Positions 63,644 to 64,000 of a DNA stretch of 64,000 nucleotides are shown piece by piece. A program made the translations under genes and the position numbers. A model generated the notes under the pieces. The model was not told the origin of the DNA and ran no database searches. It saw only the letters and a program-made list of their open reading frames with translations. Within the stretch, counting starts at the first letter, position 1. Each line of letters opens with the position of its first letter. Origin of the DNA: the human T2T-CHM13v2.0 reference genome, Homo sapiens. The stretch lies in NCBI RefSeq assembly GCF_009914755.1, contig NC_060932.1. One strand, given 5' to 3'.

Positions 63644-64000
63644 AATGGATCTACATTTGTCCTGTGTCAATGGCTATCCAGAAGCGGTAACTTTGCTGGT
63701 GCACAGAAAGTGCCAGCTTAACGTGTGTGACGGTGAAAACACGACACCTCTGATGAAGATATATAGTAGCCAGTTATTTCAGCATGAGATGGATTTGGTT
63801 TAAATACATAGAATAAAAATGGATTTATTTCATTGAAATGTAACTAATTTGTGAACCTATGGAATATTTATTTGTATTTTCTAGAATTTACAATGTGTTT
63901 CTTGGTCTAATACTGACAGGCTATACAATGCCAAGAAGATGTTTATGCAACTATTCTGCTGGACTTTGGTGCCTATCCAGATATTACAGATATCAACAGA
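63644..64000 (+). pseudogene. ANKRD26/ANKRD30/ANKRD18-20/POTE-family unprocessed pseudogene: ankyrin exon 2-like (63644-63758) and exon 3-like (63920 to window end)
   Basis: After an acceptor (CTCATAG), 115 bp encode [38 protein letters not shown]. After a 161-bp intron ending CTGACAG, the sequence encodes AIQCQEDVYATILLDFGAYPDITDINR. Both resemble ANKRD26 ankyrin repeats ([38 protein letters not shown] / AVQCQEE). The donor reads AT instead of GT. Confidence 0.88.

Overview
Primate (probably human) genomic DNA with no credible intact protein-coding gene. Bases 1-37670 are seven near-identical, GC/CpG-rich tandem units of 5381-5382 bp (starts 1, 5382, 10763, 16145, 21527, 26908, 32290; the array continues off the left edge). 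They are followed by one diverged unit (37671-43058) and a scrambled relic (43059-~45750). By unit size this may be the known ~5.3-kb ZAV macrosatellite beside ZFP37 on 9q32; that is from memory and unverified. Each unit is itself a higher-order repeat: three antisense MER50-like ERV1 LTRs alternate with three blocks of a degenerate 33-bp (11-codon) minisatellite resembling the ANKRD30A/B repeat exon, followed by an intron-like spacer carrying a MER58A-like element. The AT-rich right flank holds an LTR9/HUERS-P3-like provirus remnant, an unamplified MER50+33-mer module, Tigger1, L2, MIR, Alu, MLT1, a near-complete Ricksha (MuDR) transposon and, at the far end, two exons of an ANKRD26/ANKRD30-family pseudogene with a dead splice donor. 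Repeat family names were assigned from remembered consensus sequences and need RepeatMasker/Dfam confirmation.
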